Assembly (NCBI GenBank): GCA_964016885.1
Contig: OZ024742.1
Coordinates: 320,788,001-320,852,000 of the forward strand
Reading direction: 5' to 3'
DNA from: Eledone cirrhosa
Taxonomy: Eukaryota
Length of the DNA stretch: 64,000 bases
The notes under the pieces were generated by a model that was not told where the DNA came from, did no database searches, and saw only the letters and a list, made by a program, of their open reading frames with translations. The position numbers and the translations under genes were made by a program. This document shows positions 40,777 through 55,400 of the stretch, piece after piece; position 1 is the stretch's first letter; each line of letters starts with the position of its first letter.

Positions 40777-40778
<2 letters not shown>
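40129..40778 (+). mobile_element. Non-coding element with 127-bp direct terminal repeats (40129-40255 and 40652-40778), each carrying a hammerhead core; pseudo-LTR or retrozyme-like
   Basis: Near-identical direct repeats with a 523-bp period and (TA)n on both flanks. Confidence 0.75.
40646..40728 (+). ncRNA. Type I hammerhead ribozyme motif (family C)
   Basis: ACTTTC-CTGACGA-[GGAATG...CATTCC long stem II]-GAAA-CTAATTAG-TT-GGAAGT. Stem I is ACTTTC/GGAAGT, stem III is palindromic, and the cleavage triplet is GUU. The copy at 40129 lacks the 5' strand of stem I. Confidence 0.75.
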
Positions 40779-40838
<60 letters not shown>

Positions 40839-40851
40839 ATATATATATATG

Positions 40852-41230
40852 TAATATATAAGATCAAAAGATGGTTAAATGAGTTCCATGTATTTTATTA
40901 TGCGCATTTTAAAAACAAATATCATCATGCAATAACATTTGTGTTTTCATCAGATAAAATAGGAAGACATGATATGAAGGTTAAAAACACTTGTGGATAG
41001 TGCAGTTTTAAATCAACTTCATATCATGTCTTCCTATTTTATCTGATGAAAACACAAATGTTATTGCATGATGATATTTGTTTTTGAAATGCGCATAATA
41101 AAATACATGGAACTCATTTAACCATCTTTTGATCTTATATATTATGTATACTCTAGTCCTACAAACTGTAGAGTGCTTCTTATCCGATATCTGCATTGCT
41201 TTATTGTACTACAATAAAACTCACCTCCTA
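40852..41230 (+). mobile_element. Fold-back Penelope-like pseudo-LTR fragment (128-bp arms 40852-40979 and 41017-41144), same family as 45025-46875
   Basis: The arms are reverse complements, and both arm and loop match 46710-46875. Confidence 0.8.
41035..41105 (+). ncRNA. Type I hammerhead ribozyme motif (family D)
   Basis: TATTTTAT-CTGATGA-[AAACACAAATGTTAT..ATGATATTTGTTTTT]-GAAA-TGCGCA-TA-ATAAAATA. The inverted copy at 40890-40960 has GAAA changed to AAAA. Confidence 0.82.
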
Positions 41231-41231
41231 C

Positions 41232-42430
<1,199 letters not shown>

Positions 42431-42604
42431 ACAATATACTATCTTTGTCTCTACATGTTTTGTTGCGTCGTAATGTGTGCACTGGTGTGTATAGTACCCA
42501 CCTTAATTCACTGAAACTGTAGTGATTTCCAGAGGTTGATTGCAGAGATGAGGCTGTCTGTTACATTTTCCGTCCCCTTTGTGTGCGGCCGCACACACCC
42601 ACAC

Positions 42605-42880
42605 ACATGGGGCTTAGTGGCTAGAGCGTTGCGCACACAATCGTAAGGTTGTGTGTTCAAATCCCAGAATGGGTGGTGCGTTTTGTTCTTGAGCAAAACA
42701 CTATATTTCACGTTGCTCTAGTTCACTCAGCTGTAGAAATGAGTATCCGCCATTGGCTTTTCCCTTTGAAAACGTTAGTGGCGTGGAGAGGAGAGACTGG
42801 TATGCATGGGCGACTGCTGGTTTTCCACAAACACACCTTACCCAGGCTTGTGCCTCGGAGAGGAATTTTCTTGGTGTAAA
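42605..42880 (+). mobile_element. tRNA-derived CORE-type SINE
   Basis: A/B boxes (GGCTTAGTGGCTAGAG...GTTCAAATCCC) followed by CORE-like TTGAGCAAAACACTA..CACTCAGCTGTAGAAATG. Confidence 0.7.
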
Positions 42881-43667
42881 GGTCATTGTTATTCTTGAAA
42901 TAATCTGTCTCATTCGTATGAATGAGGAAAAGTCATTTTTATATGAAATTAAAAAAATGCTTATGTATTGAGTACCTTTTTTAACTGTGGTTACCCCCAA
43001 CACAATTCGGGATTCTACATATTATAGCTCCATCCCCTTGTTCAGTAAGAAGCCAAGGTAAGATAACAGGAGAGTTGCGTGGAGTTTAACCTCTCCAGGC
43101 GATGTAGCCGTACTCACCACGCTTGTGAGTTGGTGAGGCTATTTAACACATAGTTGGGGTGGATGACTGTTGACAGCTTTTGTTTTTGTGCTGCTGGCTT
43201 TTCATTTACTCTGGTCTGGTGAGGGAGCCGGTTTAGACACCGACCATGGTACCAGTAGCCGGCACAGACCTGGCAAGACAATATATATATATATATGAAT
43301 GTATGTATATTTGGCAATATAAAACCGTATGTTTAATTAAAAACATTTTGAAGACTATCGGTTTTAAAGTAGTGACTATGTCACTTACTTCTTTTCGGCG
43401 AAAGAAGGGATAGAAGCTAACAGTCTGTTTCACGCTTTTTGGCGATCATCAGAGCCACGCACTCCCTGCTTCCTCCGAAAATTATAGAAGCTGGATTCTT
43501 ATAGAATTCCAATAATAATCAGGAGCTGATTATATAGAGCGATTGCCGGTCCAGCAAAAATTAGGTATTAGGATTAGTCTTCAAAATGTTTTAAATTAAA
43601 CATGCGGTATCTTGCCAAATATACTATACATACATTCATGTATACATCGCTATTTCAGAGCACCAAT

Positions 43668-43720
<53 letters not shown>

Positions 43721-43766
43721 AAATTTAGTACAGCATCAACGACGCCATGGTTGCAGCAAAGCTAAC

Positions 43767-43860
<94 letters not shown>

Positions 43861-43930
43861 TATATATATATATATATTATTCAGAATATTAATAAATGAA
43901 GATATTCACATAATCAAAATATATATTTTA

Positions 43931-44517
43931 CTAGCAGTGGTACCCTGCGTTGCACGGGATAAGGTATTGAGAAATATATATAACCACCTTAGCTAAGCCT
44001 AGTATTGCCACAACCACGGCTGGAAAAGAAGTAAGGGTCTGGTGGTACGTAAGTAAGCAACACTGTGGCTTAAAACGTGAGGAAGAAGTTATGTGCACTT
44101 ACCAACTGTTTGGGGAATGGGTGTGAGATTTGTCTTGAGCAAGGGTGGCAGAATAACCGGAGGCAGCAGACAGCCAGACATACAGACAGATATTATAAGG
44201 GCGCGTTCTGGACGCAGAGCGAATTGTAGGAAGTGACGTAATGCAGACAGCCAGACATACAGACAGATATTATAGGGCGCGGCGTTATATGTATGTATCT
44301 ATCTAAAAAGAGAAAGATTAAGACTTATAGAGAGAGATCGCTAAATCGCCTAATGCGGTCTCTAGGGCAGTGAAAATTTGAATTATTTTTTGCTCAGAAC
44401 ACTCCCTGAAACATAAGTATTACATGTATAAAGAACAGTCGGTTGGGTGCTTCTCTAGTTTTAGGGATTCAAACTCACACACACACATACAGACATCCTC
44501 AGTTTTATATATATAGA
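43931..44517 (-). mobile_element. Non-autonomous Helitron, 587 bp
   Basis: The minus strand starts TC(TATATAT) and ends with the hairpin CCCGTGCAACGCAGGG followed by CTAG. It sits between A and T with no target-site duplication, and removing it restores the host inverted repeat. Confidence 0.85.
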
Positions 44518-44686
44518 TTATATATATTTCGAAGTTACTGTGCTGTTTTTTCAGTACGTCCTCGTCAGATAAAATACATGAATTGATGTATGACATACCT
44601 CAACGGTCTTGATGGTTCAATTCCAGTATTGGCAGTCAAGAATTGAACCATCAAGACAGTTGAGGTATGTCATACATCAATTCATG

Positions 44687-44752
44687 TATTTTATCTGACG
44701 AGGGCATAATGAAAAAGCAGCACAGTACCTCTGAAATATATATAATAAAATA
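44687..44752 (+). ncRNA. Type I hammerhead ribozyme motif (family E)
   Basis: TATTTTAT-CTGACGA-[31-nt stem II region, partly eroded]-GAAA-TATATA-TA-ATAAAATA. Confidence 0.7.
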
Positions 44753-44894
44753 TATATTTTGATTATGTGAACATCTTCATTTATTAATATTCTGAATAAT
44801 ATTAATAACTCCAGAAAACTTCTTTGTAGAGAGCTTTTAATCTATTGTAAAATTATATTCATTGAGTAATCAATGAACCATATTAATCTTTGGT

Positions 44895-45810
<916 letters not shown>

Positions 45811-46766
45811 TATTCAATTCTTTATCAATTTAGAATCTTTTCTCAAAGGCACATATACATACACCTCTTTAAAATATACCCATCTTCCTACCTTACTTCA
45901 AAGGGCATTATACACTCTATAATACTTGTTTACTCATTACCCTCATTCTATCTTCACCTTGTAAAATCCTTCATAACATATACATTTGTTTTTTTGACGT
46001 TAGAATATTCATCCGCAATTATTATTATTTTTTCTCTCTATCATAAAACTTTTTAATCTCAATTTCATCCTTAATTTATTATTTTTTTCTCCCCATCAAC
46101 GAACTCATTCTTAATACATATTAACTCTTTCTTCGCACATATTATCAACTCCTTCAATATACAAACCTTAACTTCACATTATTTTTCTCAAATCATCTAA
46201 TACACAAACCTTAATAATTTTTTAATACATATTAACTCTTTCTTCGCACATATTATCAATTCCTTCAATATACAAACTTTAACTTCACATTATCTTTCTC
46301 AAATCCTTCTACACACAAACCTTAATAATTTTTTCTCTTCGTTAATTTTGAAATTGCCACAATACTTATCAACATACACCTTTTTGACGTTAGAATATTC
46401 ATCCGCAATTATTATTTTTTCTCTCTATCTTCATACATAAACTCCCTTTCTTTCCTCGTACATATTTTTCCCTTCGTTAATTTTCAAATTCTTTTAATTT
46501 ATACATTATCTTCCAACGGTTTTCAACCTCTCTATATAAAACAATATATCTTCTCTCAGTTATAAAAACTATCTCTTTCTCTCTATCACCCATCTCTCCC
46601 TCTCCACCTTCACTCTCATCTCCTCCCCTTTTTCATCCTTTCCACCCCCCCTCTCTAAATAAAATATTTTTCCCAATATCACACATCAATCTAAAACCAC
46701 TTTTCATATGTTGATTTAAAACTGCACTATCCACAAGTGTTTTTTAGCCTTCATATCATGTTCTCC

Positions 46767-46837
46767 TGTTTTATCTGATGAAAACACAAATATTATTGCA
46801 TGATGATGTTTGTTTTTGAAATGCGCATAATAAAATA
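46767..46837 (+). ncRNA. Type I hammerhead ribozyme motif (family D) downstream of the GIY-YIG ORF
   Basis: TGTTTTAT-CTGATGA-stem II-GAAA-TGCGCA-TA-ATAAAATA, in sense orientation to the ORF. Confidence 0.82.
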
Positions 46838-47416
46838 CATGGAACTCCTTTAACCATCTTTTGATCTTATATTATATATATATATATATATATGTATATA
46901 TAAGTACATTATCCAGTGGAATAGGGATCCGTATAGCCTTAGTCGATCCATTACTCACTCATGAGACAAGATTTGAATTGAACATGGGCTGCACAAAATT
47001 ATAACCTCAGGGTGCACACAATACCTTATTTGTAATGGAGACGACTGAGCATTGGTAATAGTAAATTGCATACTATAATGCTCCGGATTGAATTCAGTTT
47101 CTGCGAGTATGGATTGCTCAGACATGTGCAATTGCACCTGTCATTCACAGTGGTTATACTGCTCATAAATTGCACAACCAATTCCACGTCGCTTCATTGG
47201 CAAGAAAGTCCTTCCGAACACCAAGAGGCCTCGTCCGCGTCAACAACTACGACTGGAATGTAGTAGTTACAGGCCAGTAGCAACACGTGACGTCAGAGGA
47301 GGAGGAAGTCGAATAGCCAACTGTTGCTAGGGAATGTGTTTGGCGGGAAGTTCAAATACTGAATTCACAGCCATATAATAGCGAGTAAGTTATAGCAAAA
47401 CAGGTACGTCGTAGGT

Positions 47417-48485
<1,069 letters not shown>

Positions 48486-48839
48486 CGTGATGTGTGTTGC
48501 ACCACCATTGGTTCAAACTACGAGGGTTCCGGTTATTCAATTAACGCGACAACCTATTCGGGAAATTAAAGTGTGACTGGGTATTCCACCGATATGTGTA
48601 CTCTTAACGTGATTCTCAAAGAGATCTCGCGAGACTTAGTGTGTGATAAGGTTGGCCCTTTGAATAACAGGTATACCCTATCTTGTATTACTCGCTTCTA
48701 AACAGTTTCCCTTCTCCCCAATTTCCCTCACAGGCTATTGTAAATGAAACTTGCCCAAGATGCCACTCAGTGGAATCGAACTCGAGAGGTTATGAGTAAG
48801 AAGCAAACTTCTTAACCGTTCGGCCACATGTATGCATAT

Positions 48840-49140
48840 GAAGACACTCCGTCGGTAACGACGACGAGTGTTCCAGTTGATCCGATCAACGGAACAGCCA
48901 GCTCGTGAAATTAATATGCAAGGTGCTGAGCATACGTATATCTCAGGGAGATTCAGTGTGATACATTGTGTGACAAGGTTGGTCCTTCGAACTACATGTA
49001 CAACTCAATTTTACCAGCTGAGTCGACTGGAATAACGTGAAATAAAGTGTCTTGCTCAAGGAGACAATGTGCCACCGAGAATCGAATTTAAGACCTTAAG
49101 ATTGTGAGCTGAATTCCCTAACACAAAGCCACACACCTTC
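48840..49140 (-). mobile_element. tRNA-derived CORE-type SINE; related fragments at about 48515-48680 and 48745-48830
   Basis: The minus strand has a tRNA-like head, then CCTTGAGCAAGACACTTTATTTCACGTT..GACTCAGCTGGTAAAA, homologous to the 42605 copy. Confidence 0.72.
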
Positions 49141-49411
49141 ACATGTATACATGCACACAAACCCCCATATACATTCACATACATTCACACACACACGTAT
49201 GTATTCATACATACCTGGGCGTATATATATATGTGTGTGTGTGTATGTGTTTAAGTTTTCTGCTTGTACGTGTTGCGTAACTTGGCAGTTCAATAGAATT
49301 AAGTAGCAAACTTGAAAAACTAAATACTGGAATCGATATGGTCGATACAATAAATATAAACACTATGGGTGTTTTAAGTAGTAAACATGTCAGAAATGAC
49401 TCAATATGGCT

Positions 49412-52400
49412 GTGTAGGGACACCTCTAGTGTAGGAACACCTTTAGTGTAGGAACACCTTTAGTGTAGGAACACCTTTAGTGTAGGAACACCTTTAGTGT
49501 AGGAACACCTCTGTGTAGGAACACCTCTAGTGTAGGAACACCTCTAGTGTAGGAACACTTCTAGTGTAGGAACACCTCTAGTGTAGGAACACTTCTAGTG
49601 TAGGAACACCTCTAGTGTAGGAACACTTCTAGTGTAGGAACACTTCTAGTGTAGGAACACCTTTAGTGTAGGAACACCTCTGTGTAGGAACACTTCTAGT
49701 GTAGGAACACCTCTAGTGTAGGAACACTTCTAGTGTAGGAACACCTTTAGTGTAGGAACACCTCTAGTGTAGGAACACTTCTAGTGTAGGAACACCTCTG
49801 TGTAGGAACACCTTTAGTGTAGGAACACCTTTAGTGTAAGAACACCTTTAGTGTAGGAACACCTCTAGTGTAGGAACACCTGTGTGTAGGAACACCTCTA
49901 GTGTAGGAACAACTCTGTGTAGGAACACCTTTAGTGTAGGAACACCTCTGTGTAGGAACACCTCCGTGTAGGAAAACCTCTAGTGTAGGAACACCTTTAG
50001 TGTAGGAACACGTCTAGTGTAGGAACACCTCTAGTGTAGGAACACCTCTAGTGTAGGAACACCTCTAGTGTAGGAACACCTCTAGTGTAGGAACACCTCC
50101 GTGTAGGAACACCTCTAGTGTAGGAACACCTTTAGTGTAGGAACACCTCTGTGTAGGAACACCTCTAGTGTAGGAACACCTCTAATGTAGGAACACCTCT
50201 AGTGTAGGAACACCCCTAGTGTAGGAACACCTCTGTGTAGGAACACCTCTGTGTAGGAACACCTCTAGTGTAGGAACACCTCTAATGTAGGAACACCTCT
50301 AGTGTAGGAACACCTCTAATGTAGGAACACCTCTAGTGTAGGAACACCTTTAGTGTAGGAACACCTCTAGTGTAGGAACACCTCTGTGTAGGAACACATT
50401 TAGTGTAGGAACACCTCTGTGTAGGAACACCTTTAGTGTAGTAACACCTCTATGAAGGAACACCTTTAGTGTAGGAACACCTCTGTGTAGGAACACCTTT
50501 AGTGTAGGAACACCTCTGTGTAGGAACACCTCTAGTGTAGGAACACGTCTGTATAGGAGCACCTCTAATGTAGGAACACCTCTAGTGTAGGAACACCTTT
50601 ACTGTAGGAACACCTCTAGTGTAGGAACACCTTTAGTGTAGGTACACCTCTGTGTAGGAACACCTTTAGTGTAGGAACACCTTTAGTGTGGGAACACCTC
50701 TAATGTAGGAACACCTCTAGTGTAGGAACACCTCTGTGTAGGAACACCTCTGTGTAGGAACACCTTTAGTGTAGGAACACCTCTAGTGTAGGAACACCTC
50801 TAGTGTAGGAACACCTCTGTCTAGGAACACCTCTGTGTAGGAACACCTTTAGTGTAGGAAAACCTCTAGTGTAGGAACACCTCTAGTGTAGGAACACCTC
50901 TGTGTAGGAACACCTCTAGTGTAGGAACACCTCTGTTTAGGAACACCTCTGTGTAGGAACACCTTTAGTGTAGGAACACCTCTGGTGTAGGAACACCTCT
51001 AGTGTAGGAACACCTCTGTGTAGGAACACCTTTAGTGTAGGAACACCTCTAGTGTAGGAACACCTCTAGTGTAGGAACACCTCTAATGTAGGAACACCTC
51101 TAGTGTAGGAACACCTCCGTGTAGGAACACCTGTAGTGTAGGAACACCTCCGTGTAGGAACACCTCTAGTGTAGGAACACCTCTAGTGTAGGAACACCTC
51201 TAGTGTAGGAACACCTCCGTGTAGGAACACCTCTAGTGTAGGAACACCTCTAGTGTAGGAACACCTCTAGTGTAGGAACACCTCTAATGTAGGAACACCT
51301 CTAGTGTAGGAACACCTCTAGTGTAGGAACACCTCTAGTGTAGGAACACCTCTGTGTAGGAACACCTTTAGTGTAGGAACACCTCTAGTGTAGGAACACC
51401 TCTAGCGTAGGAACACCTCTAGTGTAGGAACACCTCCGTGTAGGAACACCTCTAGTGTAGGAACACCTTTAGTGTAGGAACACCTCTGTGTAGGAACACC
51501 TCTAGTGTAGGAACACCTTTAATGTAGGAACACCTCTAGTGTAGGAACACTTCTAGTGTAGGAACACCTCTAGTGTAGGAACACCTTTAGTGTAGGAACA
51601 CCTCTGTGTTGGAACACCTCTAGTGCAGGAACACCTCTAGTGTAGCAACACCTTTAGTGTAGGAACACCTCTGTGTTGGAACACCTCTAGTGCAGGAACA
51701 CTTCTAGTGTAGGAACACCTCTAGTGTAGGAACACCTCTAGTGTAGGAACACCTTTAGTGTAGGAACACCTCTAGTGTAGGAACACTTCTAGTGTAGGAA
51801 CACCTTTAGTGTAGGAACACTTCTAGTGTAGGAACACCTCTAGTGTAGGAACACCTCTAGTGTAGGAACACCTTTAGTGTAGGAACACCTCTGTGTAGGA
51901 ACAATTCTAGTGTAGGAACACCTCTAGTGTAGGAACACCTCTGTGTAGGAACACCTCTAGTGTAGGAACACCTCTAGTGTAGGAAGACTACTAGTGTAGG
52001 AACACCTTTAATGTAGGAACACCTCTAGTGTAGGAACACTTCTAGTGTAGGAACACCTCTATTGTAGGAACACCTTTAGTGTAGGAACACCTCTGTGTAG
52101 CAACACCTCTAGTGTAGGAACACCTCTAGTGTAGGAACACTTCTAGTGTAGGAACACCTTTAGTGTAGGAACACCTCTGTGTAGGAACACCTTTAGTGTA
52201 AGAACACCTTTAGTGTAGGAACACCTCCAGTGTAGGAACACCTCTAGTGTAGGAACACTTTTAGTGTAGGAACACGTCTGTGTAAGAACACCTCTAGTGT
52301 AGGAACACCTTTAGTGTAGGAACACCTCTGTGTAGGAACACCTTTAGTGTAAGAACACCTTTAGTGTAGGAACACCTCCAGTGTAGGAACACCTCTAGTG

Positions 52401-55400
52401 TAGGAACACCTGTGTGTAGGAACACCTCTAGTGTAGGAATACCTCTGTGTAGGAACACCTTTAGTGTAGGAACACCTCTGTGTAGGAACAGCTTTAGTGT
52501 AAGAACACCTCTATGAAGGAACACCTTTAGTGTAGGAACACCTCTGTGTAGGAACACCTTTAGTGTAGGAACACGTCTGTGTAGGAACACCTCTAATGTA
52601 GGAACACCTCTAGTGTAGGAACACCTTTACTGTAGGAACACCTCTAGTGTAGGAACACCTCTAGTGTAGGAACACCTTTAGTGTAGGAACACCTTTAGTG
52701 TGGGAACACATCTAATGTAGGAACACCTCTAGTGTAGGAACACCTCTGTGTAGGAACACCTCTGTGTCGGAACACCTTTAGTGTAGGAACACCTCTAGTG
52801 TAGGAACACCTCTAGTATAGGAACACCTTTGTGTAGGAACACCTCTGTGTAGGAACACCTTTAGTGTAGGAACACCTCTAGTGTAGGAACACCTCTGTGT
52901 AGGAACACCTCTGTGTAGGAACACCTTTAGTGTAGGAACACCTCTAGTGTAGGAACACCTCTAGTGTAGGAACACCTCTAGTGTAGGAATACCTTTAGTG
53001 TAGGAACACCTCTAGTGTAGGAACACCTCTAGTGTAGCAACACCTCTAATGTAGGAACACCTCTAGTGTAGGAACACCTCCGTGTAGGAACACCTCTAGT
53101 GTAGGAACACCTCCGTGTCAGAACACCTCTAGTGTAGGAACACCTCCGTGTCAGAACACCTCTAGTGTAGGAACACCTCTAGTGTAGGAACACCTCTGTG
53201 TAGGAACACCTCTGTGTAGGAACACCTCTAGTGTAGGAACACCTCTAGTGTAGGAACACCTCTGTGTAGGAACACCTCTGTGTAGGAACACCTTTAGTGT
53301 AGGAACACCTCTAGTGTAGGAACACCTTTAGTGTAGGAACACCTCTAGTGTAGGAACACCTCTAGTATAGCAACACCTCTAATGTAGGAACACCTCTAGT
53401 GTAGGAACACCTCCGTGTAGGAACACCTCTAGTGTAGGAACACCTCCGTGTCAGAACACCTCTAGTGTAGGAACACCTCTAGTGTAGGAACACCTCTAGT
53501 GTAGGAACACCTCTAGTGTAGGAACACCTCTAGTGTAGGAACACCTCTAGTGTAGGAACACCTCTGTGTAGGAACACCTCTGTGTAGGAACACTTTTAGT
53601 GTAGGTACACCTCTAGTGTAGGAACACCTTTAGTGTAGGAACACCTCTAGTGTAGGAACACCTCTAGTGTAGGAACACCTCTAGTGTAGGAACACCTCTA
53701 GTGTAGGAACACCTCTGTGTAGGAACACCTCTGTGTAGGAACACCTTTAGTGTAGGAACACCTCTAGTGTAGGAACACCTTTAGTGTAGGAACACCTCTA
53801 GTGTAGGAACACCTCTAGTGTAGCAACACCTCTAATGTAGGAACACCTCTAGTGTAGGAACACTTCTAGTGTAGGAACACCTCTAGTGTAGGAACACTTC
53901 TAGTGTAGGAACACCTTTAGTGTAGGAACACCTCTAGTGTAGGAACACTTCTAGTGTAGGAACACCTTTAGTGTAGGAACACCTCTGTGTAGGAACACCT
54001 CTAGTGTAGGAACACTTCTAGTGTAGGAACACCTTTAGTGTAGGAACACCTCTAGTGTAGGAACACTTCTAGTGTAGGAACACCTCTAGTGTAGGAACAC
54101 CTTTAGTGTAGGAACACCTCTGTGTAGGAACACCTCTAGTGTAGGAACACCTCTAGTGTAGGAACACTTCTAGTGTAGGAACACCTTTAGTGTAGGAACA
54201 CCTCTGTGTAGGAACACCTCTAGTGTAGGAACACCTCTAGTGTAGGAACACTTTTAGTGTAGGAACACCTCTGTGTAGGAACACCTCTAGTGTAGGAACA
54301 CCTCTGTGTAGGAACACCTCTAGTGTCGGAACACCTTTAGGGTAGGAACACCTCTAATGTAGGAACACCTCTAGTGTAGGAACACCTCTAGTGTAGGAAC
54401 ACCTCTGTGTAGGAACACTTCTAGTGTAGGAACACCTCCAGTGTAGGAACACCTCTAGTGTAGGAACACCTGTGTGTAGGAACACCTCTAGTGTAGGAAC
54501 ACCTCTGTGTAGGAACACATTTAGTGTAGGAACACCTCTGTGTAGGAACACCTCTAGTGTAGGAACACCTCTAGTGTAGGAACACCTCTAGTGTAGGAAC
54601 ACCTCTAGTGTAGGAACACCTCTGTGTAGGAACACCTCTGTGTAGGAACACCTTTAGTGTAGGAACACCTCTAGTGTAGGAACACCTCTAGTGTAGGAAC
54701 ACCTCTAGTGTAGGAACACCTCTAGTGTAGGAACACCTCTGTGTAGGAACCCCTCTGTGTAGGAACACCTTTAGTGTAGGAACACCTCTAGTGTAGGAAC
54801 ACCTTTAGTGTAGGAACACCTCTAGTGTAGGAACACTTTTAGTGTAGGAACACGTCTGTGTAGGAACACCTCTAGTGTAGGAACACCTTTAGTGTAGGAA
54901 CACCTCTGTGTAGGAACACCTTTAGTGTAAGAACACCTTTAGTGTAGGAACACCTCCAGTGTAGGAACACCTCTAGTGTAGGAACACCTGTGTGTAGGAA
55001 CACCTCTAGTGTAGGAATACCTCTGTGTAGGAACACCTTTAGTGTAGGAACACCTCTGTGTAGGAACACCTTTACTGTAAGAATACCACTATGAAGGAAC
55101 ACCTTTAGTGTAGGAACACCTCTGTGTAGGAACACCTTTAGTGTAGGAACACGTCTGTGTAGGAACACCTCTAATGTAGGAACAGCTCTAGTGTAGGAAC
55201 ACCTTTACTGTAGGAACACCTCTAGTGTAGGAACACCTCTAGTGTAGGAACACCTCTGTGTAGGAACACCTTTAGTGTAGGAACACCTTTAGTGTGGGAA
55301 CACATCTAGTGTAGGAACACCTCTAGTGTAGGAACACCTCTGTGTAGGAACACCTCTGTGTAGGAACACCTTTAGTGTAGGAACACCTCTAGTGTAGGAA

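Larger units (their letters stand above)
43876..44870 (+). mobile_element. Fold-back Penelope-like end (family E); left arm (43876-43930 plus 44518-44623) split by a Helitron, right arm 44640-44801
   Basis: The arms are reverse complements once the insert is removed; 16-nt loop; (TA)n flanks. Confidence 0.75.
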
